64,000 nt of DNA from Lama guanicoe (taxonomy: Eukaryota). The DNA is taken from positions 2,214,866 to 2,278,865 of the forward strand of contig MU053379.1 in assembly GCA_013239625.1 (NCBI GenBank), given 5' to 3'. The notes under the pieces are model-generated. The model ran no database searches and was not told the DNA's origin. It saw nothing but the letters and a program-made list of their open reading frames with translations. The translations under genes were made by a program, and so were the position numbers. Positions 50,418 to 62,611 of this stretch are shown here, piece after piece; position 1 is the first letter of the stretch, and each line of letters opens with the position of its first letter.

Positions 50418-52899
50418 AGCCATGCTGTGCCCTCCCCTCCACTCAGGCCTCCCAAGCGGCCGGGCTACATTCACTCAGTCAGGTCTCTGCCTGAGCTGCA
50501 CCGAGGCCAGTGGATGGAGGGCAGTCCCTCCTCTGGACCAGAGTCCCATCAGCTTTGCCAGTGAGCACAGCAGTGAGCTCCTTCGTGGTCAGCATCTCCC
50601 ATCTAAATTCCCAGAACACACCACGAAGCGTGGGGCTTTTTTTATATTCAACCAATGTTTGGATTCTCTTATTAGTTGTGAAAGAAATGAAATTGAGACT
50701 GATCTTCTACTTAGAATCTATATTAAGCCTCATTTCTCAAGACAGTTTGGTAACTATTATATATCAGCCATGTAAGTTAAGTGTATATATAGTTATTTTG
50801 TGTACAAATATTACATTATAATTTGAAAATGTATGCAGTTTGTCAATATAAACTTTTGGGTGGCCAAAGCATTTATTTCTAGAGTTTAATTTTGAAGTCC
50901 TAAGTTTAAGTCAAAGAGCGTTTATTTTACCTGAGTATGTATATAGTTTTAAAAAAAATAGATGAACTCTTTTTAAGATGAAGTTAAACTGTACTCTTAT
51001 AAGAAACTTCTATCATTTAAGTTTTATATTCTTCTATAACAATATCCACAGTAAAAAAAATTTGATAAATTAAAAAAATAGAAATAGAATGGCCATAGTT
51101 ATTACTGTGATTTTTCTGCTGCTCAGAGCCTGGAGTGCAAAAGCACTCTTTGCACATCATTCTGTGTGCACAGGACCCTCACCTCTGTTTGCCCTCCTCA
51201 AGGGCAGAGAGGAACACATGGCTGAGTTGCCAGCTCTCGGCGATGCTTCCAGACCAGTGCTGCTTACTTTGCTTTGGAGGGGAAATGACTTCATTAGGAA
51301 TGACACGTTCTTGGCTGGCTGGCCCTCGGCTGACAGAAGCAGCACTTGTGATCTCTGCGGCTGACTGAAGTGCCCACCGCAGCCTCTGGGGCTTGGATGG
51401 GGAGGCCCAACCTGCCAAGTGTAGGTCCCTGGGAGGCTCCAAGGTTCATTACTTTAGTGTTGTTTTTTTTTTTCCTGGAGTTTTCTCTGACACCTGTCTC
51501 AAATTGCAGATGCCCCAGCACCCTCTCTCTCTTCCCAGGTTACTTGTTTTCCACGGCATCCGTTTCATCAACCATGTCACATATTTTCCTTGTTTGGTTT
51601 ATGGCTTCTCCCCCGTGAGAGCCTGGCTTCCAGGAGAACACACTGCTTTGTCTGTCTGGTTCAGTGCTGTAGCCCCAAAGCCTACGACAGTGCTTGGCAC
51701 GTACACAGCTGCACTCAGTAAACGGCTTTGATGAATAACCCCCAAATCCTTCTCTACAGTAGGAGGTGTCCCTAGGGGGAGGGCAGGGTAAAATGGGCCT
51801 CGAATTCTGGAATAGATTGAACCCGTGGGGCCATCAGGGGGCGGGGGTTGTGTCCATAAGATGAAGGAAGTTTTCAGGAGGGTTTGTGAAGAGAAAAGGA
51901 AAAGAGGAAAGGAGTGGAGATTGTACTCATTCAGCACGTATCTGGGGGTTTGTCTATAAAACACAATCATCTCCAGGAGGGAGAAGGGGAGAGATGGGGG
52001 CTGGCCTGCCTCTCCCTTTTGCCAAAGTATCCAACCTCAGAGGAATTCCTGACTGTTCTACCTTCAAAATAAGTAAGAATCCAACAGCTTCTCTCTGCCT
52101 CCACGGCCATGACCCCGCTCTGTGCCACCCTCATCTCCAGCCTGGATTATCTCCATTGTCTCCTTACCGGTTTCCAACTTTGCCCCTTGCAGTCGGCTCT
52201 CCTACAAAGCATCAGACCCATCTTTCAGCAATAGGGCCAGGTCCTGTCGCCCTCCACTCAGACCCTCAGGACTTCCATCTAGAGCCTTTGTCCCTAATGC
52301 TCTCCCAGGCATGCCCTTCCTCCCCCACTCAAATCCCCCCTTCCCAACCAGGCCCACTCTGACCGCGCCCCCTGCGTGACCCCACACCCTGCACCAGACC
52401 TCAGCACTCCCCAGCTCCCTTATTCTTTTTCTTGGCTTCCCTATCCCTGCCCACTTCTAACACCCCAGATAATTAACTTACTGACGTTCCTGGTTCACCC
52501 TCCCGGCCCCTGCCCCTGAGAAAGTCGGCTCCATCAAGGCAGGAGATCTTTGTTTTGAATCTGTAACAAAGATCTTTTGATCTTTTGTTCCCCCAGCTCA
52601 TCCCAAACATGAGAGCAGTGCCTGGCACAGAGCAGGTGCTCCGTGTTGATGGAACGGGCGACTTGGAACAGAAGATACTTGCAGTGGGTTCTGTTTTCTC
52701 GGAAGCTGAACTGATTATAAACGATAGATAAATCGTGGGGTTTTAGAAGGCAGGAGTCGTAAGAATCAACACCAGGGAAACCCTAGTCTCTTCAGCTACT
52801 GGCCTGAAACGCACCAGGAACAAAAGTGGGCCTCTCTGCGTTTCCTTTCGCCGCTTCTGTCCCAAACAGGTGTCTCTGAGGTTCTTTCTGCGACACCAG

Positions 52900-54800
52900 C
52901 TGCTTGGGTAACTCTTAACACTGTCAGGGATTTCTCTCCAAAGGTGCTCTCCCCAGCGCGGAAGTGGGAAAACTCAGCAGTTCACCAAACGCCCGCCTGG
53001 CCACTGCTGGTTCCTGGCCGGGAACCAGCCCGCAGCTACCAGCCTCCCCGCCTGCCCTCCTGTCCGACCCCGGGGGTGATAAAGGTCTCCCAGCGCGGGG
53101 CCAAACCGCACCCGCCTCCCCGAGCTCTCGCTCCCCGGGGCCAGCGGGGCTGGGCGGCCCTGCACGTTCAGAAGCCAATCCAGGAGGCCCCCTCCCCAGC
53201 GAGGGTGAGCAAAACACCCAACGGCGGGGCTGCGGGGCCTCCCAGGCTTCCCGGGACAAAGGGCGGGCCCGCGCGGGCCTCCCCGACCGCGGCTCCCAGC
53301 GGCGCGGCGGATGGCGGTGGGGGGTGTGCGCGTTTGCGCTGCTCTGTGATGAGCGGACGGAGAGGAGACTGGGCAGAACCTCCGAGAACAAAACGCCAGT
53401 CCTCCCCGGGGAGCGAGAAGAGCGGGGCGGCGGCGCCGGCGCAGGGGCGGACCGGGAGCCGGGCCAGCCAAGTTCGCTCCGGGTTAGATAAACTTTCTGG
53501 GCCAGCTTTCCTCCCGGCCGCCTGGGTCCCTGGTCCCCCGGTAAGCGCAGCGCCTGCGCCCGTCCCGGAGGAGGAGGGTGGGCGGAACCGCGGTGGGGGC
53601 GGGGGTGCCGGGCCCGGGCCGCGCAGGCGCCTTCCTCGCCCCCTCAGATCCCCCGCCCCACCCCTCCCGAGCTCCCGAGGGCGGTTGGGGGAGGGGGATG
53701 GCTAGCGTTGGAGCGGAGGGAGGGCGGGAGGCAGACACAAAGCGCTTCCCTCGCTCCCCCCACCTCCGCCCCTCCCCTCCGTCTCGTCCGCCGCCTCCTC
53801 CTGCTCCTCCCGGGCGGGGAAAGTCAGCCCCACGCTAGTCCGCGGGGCCACCGGTCGCCCCCGCCTGCGAGACCTGCGGGGAGGGCCAGCGAGAGGTAAG
53901 GGGCGGTGGCAGCGGAGACCCCACCCCCTGTGCCCGCACCTCGCGCGCAGTGGGGGGATCTCCGGGGCGCCGGCGGGGTTTCTGCGGGGTTCGAGGCGCG
54001 GGGTGCTGCTCCCTGCACTCCTCCCCCCTAGAAGAGACCTGGAGGGAGAGCGAGCGGCCTCGGGGGTCGTGGGGACGGACAGGGGAGGGGGCGCGGCGTC
54101 AGGGAGTGGGGCGCCAGGAACCGGGCAGGGTTAGGTCCTGGGGGATCCTCAGCCGACCTTTGCAGGGTTGAATGAGGAGCCGCCAAGGCTGCGGGCGCGG
54201 CGGCTCGAGGGGCGGGTGTGGAGGAGGTGGGGGACCTTGATCGAGCTCTACCTGCCGGGACGCCTACGGGGTGTCAAGTGCGCCCCGCCGAAGCGGGGGT
54301 CGCACGCCCGGGGGCGCGGCGCAGACCTGGGCCGTGCGCTCAGCCCGTGCGCGGGGCAGACGCTGCGACTGGAGATTTCCTCCCCCCGGGTAGGGGTGGG
54401 GGGTGAAGTAAGGGGGCAGTAAGCCCCTGGGGAGGATCAGTGAGTCCGGGCAGGGGGCGATTGGGCGGTCGCGGTGAGGGATGGCGGTGCGGCAGGCGGA
54501 GGAGGAGCCGGGGTTCCTGCCGGGAAGGGACAGGGCCACTTTGAGGCCCCCCCGCCCCCTTCTGGGCTCGGCCTCCACCCTTGGCCTCCGCTCCCACTGG
54601 CGCAGTGTCCACCCACCCGCGCCCCTTGACGGCCGCGGGACAGCAGGGAGTTTGCAGAATCCAGCTTTAAAGCCTGTGATGTGTTGCCAAGAAATACAGG
54701 GCAAGACCCGGCCCTGACCGGCGCCTCTTCTCTGAGCTATCAAATCCCTGGGGGGCTTTTCCTACTGTGGCAGAGGAGGCCGCGCACAAACCCGCACACT
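52900..54800. promoter_or_regulatory. RIN2: CpG island, probable RIN2 promoter
   Basis: Very high GC and CpG density with several GGGCGG boxes. RIN2 is the next gene after SLC24A3 in mammals. No RIN2 coding sequence was recognised, so the name rests on synteny alone. Confidence 0.65.
53740..53895 (+). other. RIN2: Putative non-coding first exon (probably RIN2); start approximate
   Basis: Strong donor GAG|gtaagg at 53895/53896 in the centre of the CpG island. Confidence 0.5.
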
Positions 54801-57800
54801 GTGGAGCTGCATTCTTGCAGGCCTGACGCTTTCAGGCGCACTGGGGTTTCTTAGGAATATGCTGTCATCAGTAAGGAAACCTCAGAGCACTCTTCCGCCC
54901 AACAGGACTTTGTAAATATTGCAGCAAAAATAAACATTTGGCGAAACTCAGTATTTAGGAGAAACAGTATTTTAACACAGTGTTTTTAAAAAATCAAATT
55001 TCATGTGAAAAATCCACGATGAACAAAATATCAGCGTTTTACATGAAGACGGGTTGTTTTGACCTCGCATCCTTGTGCAGTGGGAACAGTAGCTTCCAGT
55101 CGCCCCCAGTTTGGACCCCACCTGGGGTTTCTGAGGGTTGACAGCATCCTGTAGCAGATTACGCAGTGCCGGCCTGGTATGTAGTTGTGTTTTTTGACTG
55201 TGGAACTCTCAATAACTTTCTCAAGAAAGTTCAAATATGCGAGAATATTTTGATGAATGTACACAGAGAAGGGCATTTTCTTTTTTGGCTTCAGGTTCCA
55301 GTGTGTTTCTAGACCGGTCATGCTTTGTCCCTGCTCTGGCACCTCCACAGAGGGCATCAGGGGCCATGGATTGGGAGGGGCCTGGGGGGAGACTGGCGTC
55401 TGGGACTCTTGCAGAAGGCTGGCGCTGGACAGGAGCTTTGGGATTTGGGGACTCTGCTCTCAGCGTTTGGAGGCTGGTGACACCAGAAGACCCATTTACT
55501 GCCAGGACCTCCTTTGCCTGGAGACTTTCTCCTGCAGACAGGTTATCTAAGTAGAGAAGGAGACCTAAAATGGCCCACCGTTGACCCGTGCAGGAGCAGA
55601 TGGGAGCAGCTGGACTCCCTCCAGGGCTGTTGTATGTACTTGTTTATAGATAATTTCCTGGTAACCCTCTCCCTCCTTCTCCAAATTCAAGAGCCACTGC
55701 GCACTACAAGGAGGAGTTCCTTCTCCAGAAATACCTCCCTCCAGAACCAAATCCTCTCCGTCTGCTTGGAGGAGACAGACAACTCCTCCTCTGTTCAAGA
55801 ACATGCAACACTGGGAGGTCCACCTCACTGGGGCCCATTCTTCACATATGCCCACGTCCCGTCATTTTGGCCTGGTACCCCACTCCCCTTGTGTATCTCA
55901 GCCTCCTGGTGATGCTTCAGGATTCCTAGTGATTTCAGGTGGGAAGGTTTCCTCGCACTCCTGCCTCCTTTCCCGGGTAAGGCACCAGCATTCCAGGTGT
56001 GTGTATTAACTATGAGATACATGCAGTGGCCCCCACTCAGAAGCCCACTGTCTGAGAACTTCCTAGGGGTGGAAGCCAGCTCATAGCTCTCACTGCCTAA
56101 CACTTAAGGAATGGGTGTTGAAAGAACAAGCAAAAGGATCCCTTTGTGAAAGCACTTTGAGGAGCTGCACTGCAGTTAAGTATGTCCTTGGCAGATAATC
56201 ATATTTTTATAGTGCTTTGTAAGATGCTTTTACAGATAATATTTCAGTTGTTTCTTACAATGATACTAATAATTTCATTTGGTAGGTGAGAAGGCAGAGG
56301 CCTGGAGAGGTCAAAGCACCCGCGTTGGAACCACAGGGCTTCAGGCCCAGTCATCATTTTGCTCTATCACCGCTCACTTGCTAGAGGCGGTCGTGCTCAG
56401 AGGCACCCCTTGCAGAGTATGACCAGAGCAGAGTTTACACAGTGGTGTGCTTGGAGGCAGTTTTACTGAGAAATTACTAAAGAGTTACAGGGGTAAAATG
56501 TATTCGAGAAATGCTAATGTTAAGCAGGTTTTCCACTTCAGGACTTTTCAGTGCCTTTATTATTATTATGTGCATTGGGACTCTGTAGGACGACTCCATG
56601 ATGTGGGACACTTGCCAACTTCCATTTGTTCACAGAACCAGGAAGCATCTTCTGGATCTGGTGTTCTGAGGGAAATGGGAAATGTTGCTTAGTTCACTCA
56701 CAACCTGACATCTAAGCAGAGTTCAAGGGACACTAGTGTGCAGAATACTCCAAATGTATGCCCTGGACATTTAAAAGGCACAGTAATCCTCCCTTGTAAA
56801 TTTAGGGTAAATTATTGGTTTGCCAGCTTCAGTGCCTCTGAATAACATGAGTCATTTCTCCTGGTTTTGATCAGATCTGAGAAAACCCGAGTTGGGCAGA
56901 CAATGCAAACATTCCCTGGAGAGTGGGGTCTCCATGCTGTGGGAAGCAGGCAGAGCTCCCCCAGCCTCCCCCGGAGCATGCCTCAAATGCGACTGTTTCT
57001 TTGGAGTGGCAACTTAAAGGGCACATCTTGGTCAATCACACCCACTGAGTGGGAAAATGCAGTTGCCTGCGTTCCTTTCTCCCTGGGAGCTGGCAGTGTG
57101 GATTCTAGAGGTAGACACTGGTGCCACCTGCCCCCACTCCCCGCCCCGAGCGCCTAGTACCAGAAACAAACAGCTGCTGATGGCCACCCCTCATCCAGAC
57201 CCCTCACTGCAGGAAAGGCAGCCCCCCACCCCATTCAGATGCACCCATTATTTGAAATTGTTTGAAGTCGTTTTGAAATGAGAACTTGCCTGCAACCTAC
57301 TGTTAGGTACTTTTCACAGATCAGCACCCCTGCCTATTCAGGCTTCATTGCATTTAAGAGAGGAAGTGAGCAGCAGAAGGCAGTGATGGTATTTGAGGGA
57401 CCCAGAGGAGTGGTGGACTAGGAGGAGCCTTGGGGGGGGGGTGATGCCCTGATCCGAGAGGCTGGGTGAATTGCACCTCCATCCGAACACATTTCTGCCT
57501 CCAGTGCTGAGCAGATGTGTCTCATAGATTTTTCCAAAGTGTGGAAAGTAAGTGGGCTCATTTAGAGACCCGTATTGAATAGGGTGGTATCACAGAGGTC
57601 AAGGAAAGGGGTGATTTGAGAAAAAGGGACCTATCAGGTTGGGTGGGGTGGCTGTTCACGAGTGTGTGTCCTGCATGTGCGGCCGAGGAAGAGGGTGGGG
57701 AGGAAACACCGAATTTGCTTTCCAGCCCGTTAAGTTGGAAAGCCCTAGATGTGACCTAGATAGAAGCTGTCAGTAAACAGCCGGAGTCAGGGAGTCCCTG

Positions 57801-58059
57801 GGGCGCTGTGGGTGCTGGACTGGGGGCACTGGAGAACTCGTCCGGGAGAGGCCGCCGGCCAAGCAGGCTGGGGTCGAAGAAGAAACTGGAAGCCTGCGTC
57901 CGGGGACAGGGACGGGGACTGTGAAGCCAGAGAGGGGACGAGGAAGAGCCAGCACTGGTGATGGGGCAGACAGTCCAGGACTGTCAACCCGTGAGGTCAT
58001 GGCCAGGGTCCTTTGTGGCTGATGGGTCAGGGCCAGGCTACTCCAGCTTGTGGATTTTT

Positions 58060-58394
58060 TAAAAAAACATGTAACCTTATATTAGTTTCATGTGTACGAC
58101 TTAGCAATTGGATGTTTCTGTATATTGTGAAATGATCGCCATAATAAGTCTAGTTGATGTCTGTCACTACTGTTACAGAATTCTTTTTCTTGTGATGAGA
58201 ACGTTTAATATCTACTCTCACTTAGCAACGTTCAAGTATGCACTGCAGGACCACTAGGTATAGTCACAGTGCCGCACATCATGTCCTGTGACTTACCTGT
58301 TTTACACCTGGAAGTTTGTACCCTTGTCCCTCCCACCTCCCTGCACCTGCAACTCGGGCAACCAGTAGTCTGTTCTCTGTGCCTGTGAGCTTGG

Positions 58395-58432
<38 letters not shown>

Positions 58433-59825
58433 GGATTCCACATGTAAGTGAGATCACAGGTGTTTGTTTTTCTCTCTCTGACTTATTTCACTTAGCATAA
58501 TGCCCTCAAGGTCCATCTGTGTTGTTACGAATGGCAAAATTTTTATGGCTGAATAATAATGTTCGATTGGTTACATATACCACATCTTGACCCATCCCTC
58601 CATCAGTGGATACTTAGGTGGCTTCCATGTCTTGGCTTTTGTAAACAGTGCTGCTGTGAATATGGGGTGCATGTATTTTTCAAGTTAGTGTGTTCATTTT
58701 CTTCAGATAAATACCTAGAAGTGGAGTTGCTGGGTCATATGGCAGTTCTGTTTTAAATCGAGGAACCTCTGTACTGTTTTCTGTAGTAGTTGCAGCAATT
58801 TACAGCCCACCAACAGTGCACGAGGGCTCCCGTTTCTCCACATCCTCGCCAGTTTGTTCTCTTGTATTTTTGATGATGGCCATTCTGGCAGGTGTGAGGT
58901 GGTAGTTCATTGTGGTTTTGACTTGCATTTCCCCGATAATTCATAATGCTGAGCATCTTTTCATGTGCCTGTTGGCCATTTGTACATCTTCTTTGGGAAA
59001 ATGTCTGTGCTGCCCATTTTAAAATGAGATTTTATTATTATTAATTTTTTTACCATTTAGTTGTATGAATTCTTTGTGTATTTTGGATATTAACCCATTA
59101 CCAGACACATGGTTTGCAAACATCTCCTCCCCCTCAGCAGGTTGCCTCTTCACCCGGTTGATTTCCTTTGCTGTGCTGATTTTTAGTTTGATGTCGTCCC
59201 ATGTGTTTGTCTCTTGCTTTTGTGGCCCTTGCTTTTGGTGTCAGAGCCAAAAAAATCATGGCCAAGCCTGACGTCAGGGAGCCTGCCGACCTATGTGTTC
59301 TTCCAGGAGTTTTATGGTTTCAGGTCTTATGTTCAAGGCGTTAGTCCATTCTGCGTTAGTTTCTGTGTTTGGTGTAAGAGAGTAGTCCAGTGTCACTGCT
59401 TTGCATGTGGCGTCCAGTTTTCCCAGCATCGCTTACTGAAGAGACTGTCCTTTCCCCATGCTTTTTCATTCTTGGCTCCTCTGTTGTAAATTAATTGACT
59501 GTATATGCGTGGTTTTATTTCTGAGCTCTCTATTCTGTTCCAGTGATCTAATGTGTCTGTTTTCATGGCAATTCCATCTTCATTTGATTATGATAAGCTT
59601 TGTAATGTAGTTTGAAATCAGGGAACTTGATGCCTCCAGCTTTGTTCTTCTTTCTCAAGATTTCTTTGGCTATTTGGAATCTTTTGTGGTTCCATACAAA
59701 TTTTAGGACTGTTCTATTTTTGTGAAGAATGCCATTGGAGTTTTGATAGGGATTGCATTGAATATGTAGATGGCTTTGGGTAGCATTGGCATTTAAACAA
59801 GATTAGTTTTTCCAATCCATGCGCA
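58060..59825 (-). mobile_element. L1 fragment (3' UTR to distal ORF2)
   Basis: Typical L1 motifs (cattgtggttttgacttgcatttccc; tttgaaatcagggaacttgatgcctccagctttgttcttc), with (TG)n at about 58399-58430. Confidence 0.9.
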
Positions 59826-60349
59826 TAGAGCATCTTTCCATTTAATCCCTGAGAAGTGTGGCGTGTCAGCTGAGGGTGGGAACAGAACCACACCAGTTAA
59901 TACCAGCAAACCAACTCCACAGAATGATCACATATTGAGTGAATGAGTGATTCAATGACACCGTTTTTGGTGGTAGAAACTTTTTACACTTTTAAAATCT
60001 AAACAGAGCCATTTCGTAGAAGATTCTTGTAAGGTAAAGTTGAATTTTGCAGGGGCAGGATGAGCTACGTGCACTGCAACCTACGTGAGATGTCTTATTC
60101 TGGTCAAGAATCTTTGGTGGCGGGGAGCCTCGTTAGTGGGTTAAATAAGCCCAGAAGTTGTAGGAAAGGTTATGAAGGTATGCTGATTGGTTTTTTTAAA
60201 CCATCACTTTTTTTCCTATGCAAAAATCTTTATTTTATCCTTTAAAAGACTCACCTGTGCATTTCAACAGCTTTACCAGCTTTTAGCAGTGATTTAAATG
60301 ATATTGCTGAGTTTCATAGTGTCCCAATGAGAAACTAATTTGCGAGCTC

Positions 60350-61010
60350 TGTTATCAAATGCGGCTCCATTCGCCTGCCACACAGCAAAGCCAGTATGCT
60401 GACGCCGGGGTGTGGTGAAGGGAAGTGCAGCATTTATTTGCGGGATGCCAAGCAAGGAGAACGGGCAGCTAATGCTTAGAAGACCCCAGCTCCCTGATGG
60501 CCTTCAGGCAGGGGTTCCTCAAGGCAGCATTAGGGGTGAGGGTCACAGGCTACGTCATCCCTTCATGGGCCCTCTTCGGATTGCTTGATGGTGAGGTGAC
60601 AAGGTGACATTTCTGGAATCTCAATCACCAGCCTTCTGGTTCCAGCCAGTCTGAGGTCTACGTGCTTGTGGTCAGCATGTAGTTAACATCCTCCACCTGG
60701 GTGGAGGTCTTAGTTTCTGCAAAACAACTCAAAAATATGCATCAGATTGTTGTCTGTATCCCTTGATGAGGAGCTAGGAGTCCTGTGACTGGTTTTTGGC
60801 TGAACTGTCGTTTAAGCTGTTACTACTTTTCTTGCTTGACTGCTTTCCCTTTGTTTCTGCGTTTTCTCACGTCTCTGATCGCCCACCGCCTAGGTCTGCT
60901 CTTTGGAACTGGAAGGCCTGGGCGTCCAGAACTTTTTACAAACAAGAAGTGGGGGACTCTGAGGGGCTCATACCTGTGATGGTCCCTGGGGGCCCTGCTT
61001 GGTTTCGGGG
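60350..61010 (-). mobile_element. Solo LTR (ERV1-like)
   Basis: Starts tgttatc. Contains gcagcatttatttgc (reverse poly(A) signal) and LTR-like motifs gcagctaatgcttagaagacccc and ccttctggttccagccagtctgaggtctacgtgc. Confidence 0.5.
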
Positions 61011-62058
61011 GTTCTAATTACTGTGAGCTTATATTCATTTGAATTTGATCGTGACTTGTGGTCGAGTGACGGTCATTGGCGGTGTTACGTAATTCCCCCA
61101 CTTGCCTGAAATTCTCAAAAGCTGAGCATTTTAAAGATCAGGCTTGGTGGAAACATTTGCATTTTAGCATTTTTAATCAGTTAAGCCTATTTTAATTGAG
61201 TAGGTGAACCTAGTAAATTAGATAAAGAACAGATATTTTAGTTTTCAAGTGTATGATTTCATGTGTTAGAAATGCAAAATACAGAAATCCAGGCATTCAG
61301 CCAGGTTAAACGTGAGCTCTAAAAAGCTTATTTTTTCCTTTACTGAAAAAATCACCACTGGTGTTATTTCCAAATAAGTATCTCCCCATTGCATTTAAGT
61401 CCCCAGAGACTAGCCAAGACCCCCACACCTCTCAGCAGGGCTGAAACCAGAGGCCATGTCTGGGTAACCAGCCTTTAACACGTGGTGGCAGGAAGAGTGA
61501 GATGTCATCTCAACAGCCTGCCTCATCTCACGATCTTGACTTAACTGAGTGCTGTGCGGCCGTCACTTTTTATCACAGACGCTGTCACTTTCTTTGTCCT
61601 CATAAGCCTGTGCTTTTCTTTGGATTTCTTTCATTGGTGTGGAGAAATCCTTTCTGCAGCCTCGCACAGCTCGCCCTTTACCGCTTCTTCTAATTTTCCT
61701 ACTTTCACTTTTACAGATTACTGTTAAAGTTCATTTGGAATCACTTGGCAGGTGGTTTGTGAAGTCAGAATGCAATTTAATGCTTCTTGTTCCCACTAGT
61801 TTGCCTGCAGACCCAGCATAATTTGGTGAATAAACCCACCTCTCCCAGCTCTATGAAACTTGCCGTATTTGGCTGGGCAAGTCTCATTTCACTTTTTCTT
61901 TCCCTTTTCTTTTGCTTTCCCCCAGATTTTCTTTGCAGCGTTCACTTTAATTCTTCCAATTAATTTTATTCTAGGGGATTTGTTTGGAATTATATTAAGC
62001 CTAGCCACTGATTTGGAAAGACTTGATACATACTGATTCCAGTAGTTCAGTGGAAGCC

Positions 62059-62611
62059 TGAGGCTTTGCTTGTGCAGACTCACATGGCACTGAAGTACCG
62101 GTCAGCGAGAGCAGCACTCAGACAGTTGGAGAACTCACCTTTTTTACACCAACAGGCCCAGAGAAGTTAACACTTCAAGCTCTGGACCCTGTCTGTAGGT
62201 TTACACAGGCGTTTTATAGGCTGCCAGTTTTACACTTTGCAGCATCATATGCAAATAAAGTACAACAGAAGTTGACCAACCAGGAACAAGCTTTGTAGAA
62301 ATAGGCCAATCAGGAGTGAGCTCCATGCAAATGAAGTACTACAAATGGGCCAATCAGAAGTTAGGGAAATGAACCAATCAGAAGTAATAATGAGAGTAAT
62401 AACCAATCAGGAGTGAAGGGAATAACCAATCAGGAGTGAAGGGAATAACCAATCAGAAGTGAGCTCAGGAAACCAATAGAATTCTAGGTGTAAGTTAGCC
62501 GCTTTAGAGGCAAAAAGTGAGATAGCACCTCTGGGCCAGGGAACCGGATGGTGCTAAGAGGAGAGCAATGGCCCTGCCTAGGGGTCGTGCTGGTATTTTT
62601 ATGGGGCTTCA
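62059..62611 (-). mobile_element. Solo LTR with CCAAT-box tandem array
   Basis: Termini TGAGGC...GCTTCA, near 4-bp TSD agcc/cgcc, reverse TATAAAA at 62212-62218, seven CCAAT and two ATGCAAAT. Confidence 0.65.

Noticed and set aside
52924..54743. Overlapping 150-250 aa Pro/Gly/Arg-rich ORFs on both strands
   Set aside because: Expected from stop-codon scarcity in a CpG island, with no recognisable domain.
62398..62460. 23-bp direct repeats as a CRISPR-like array
   Set aside because: Units are head-to-tail without unique spacers, and they sit in a mammalian LTR U3 context.
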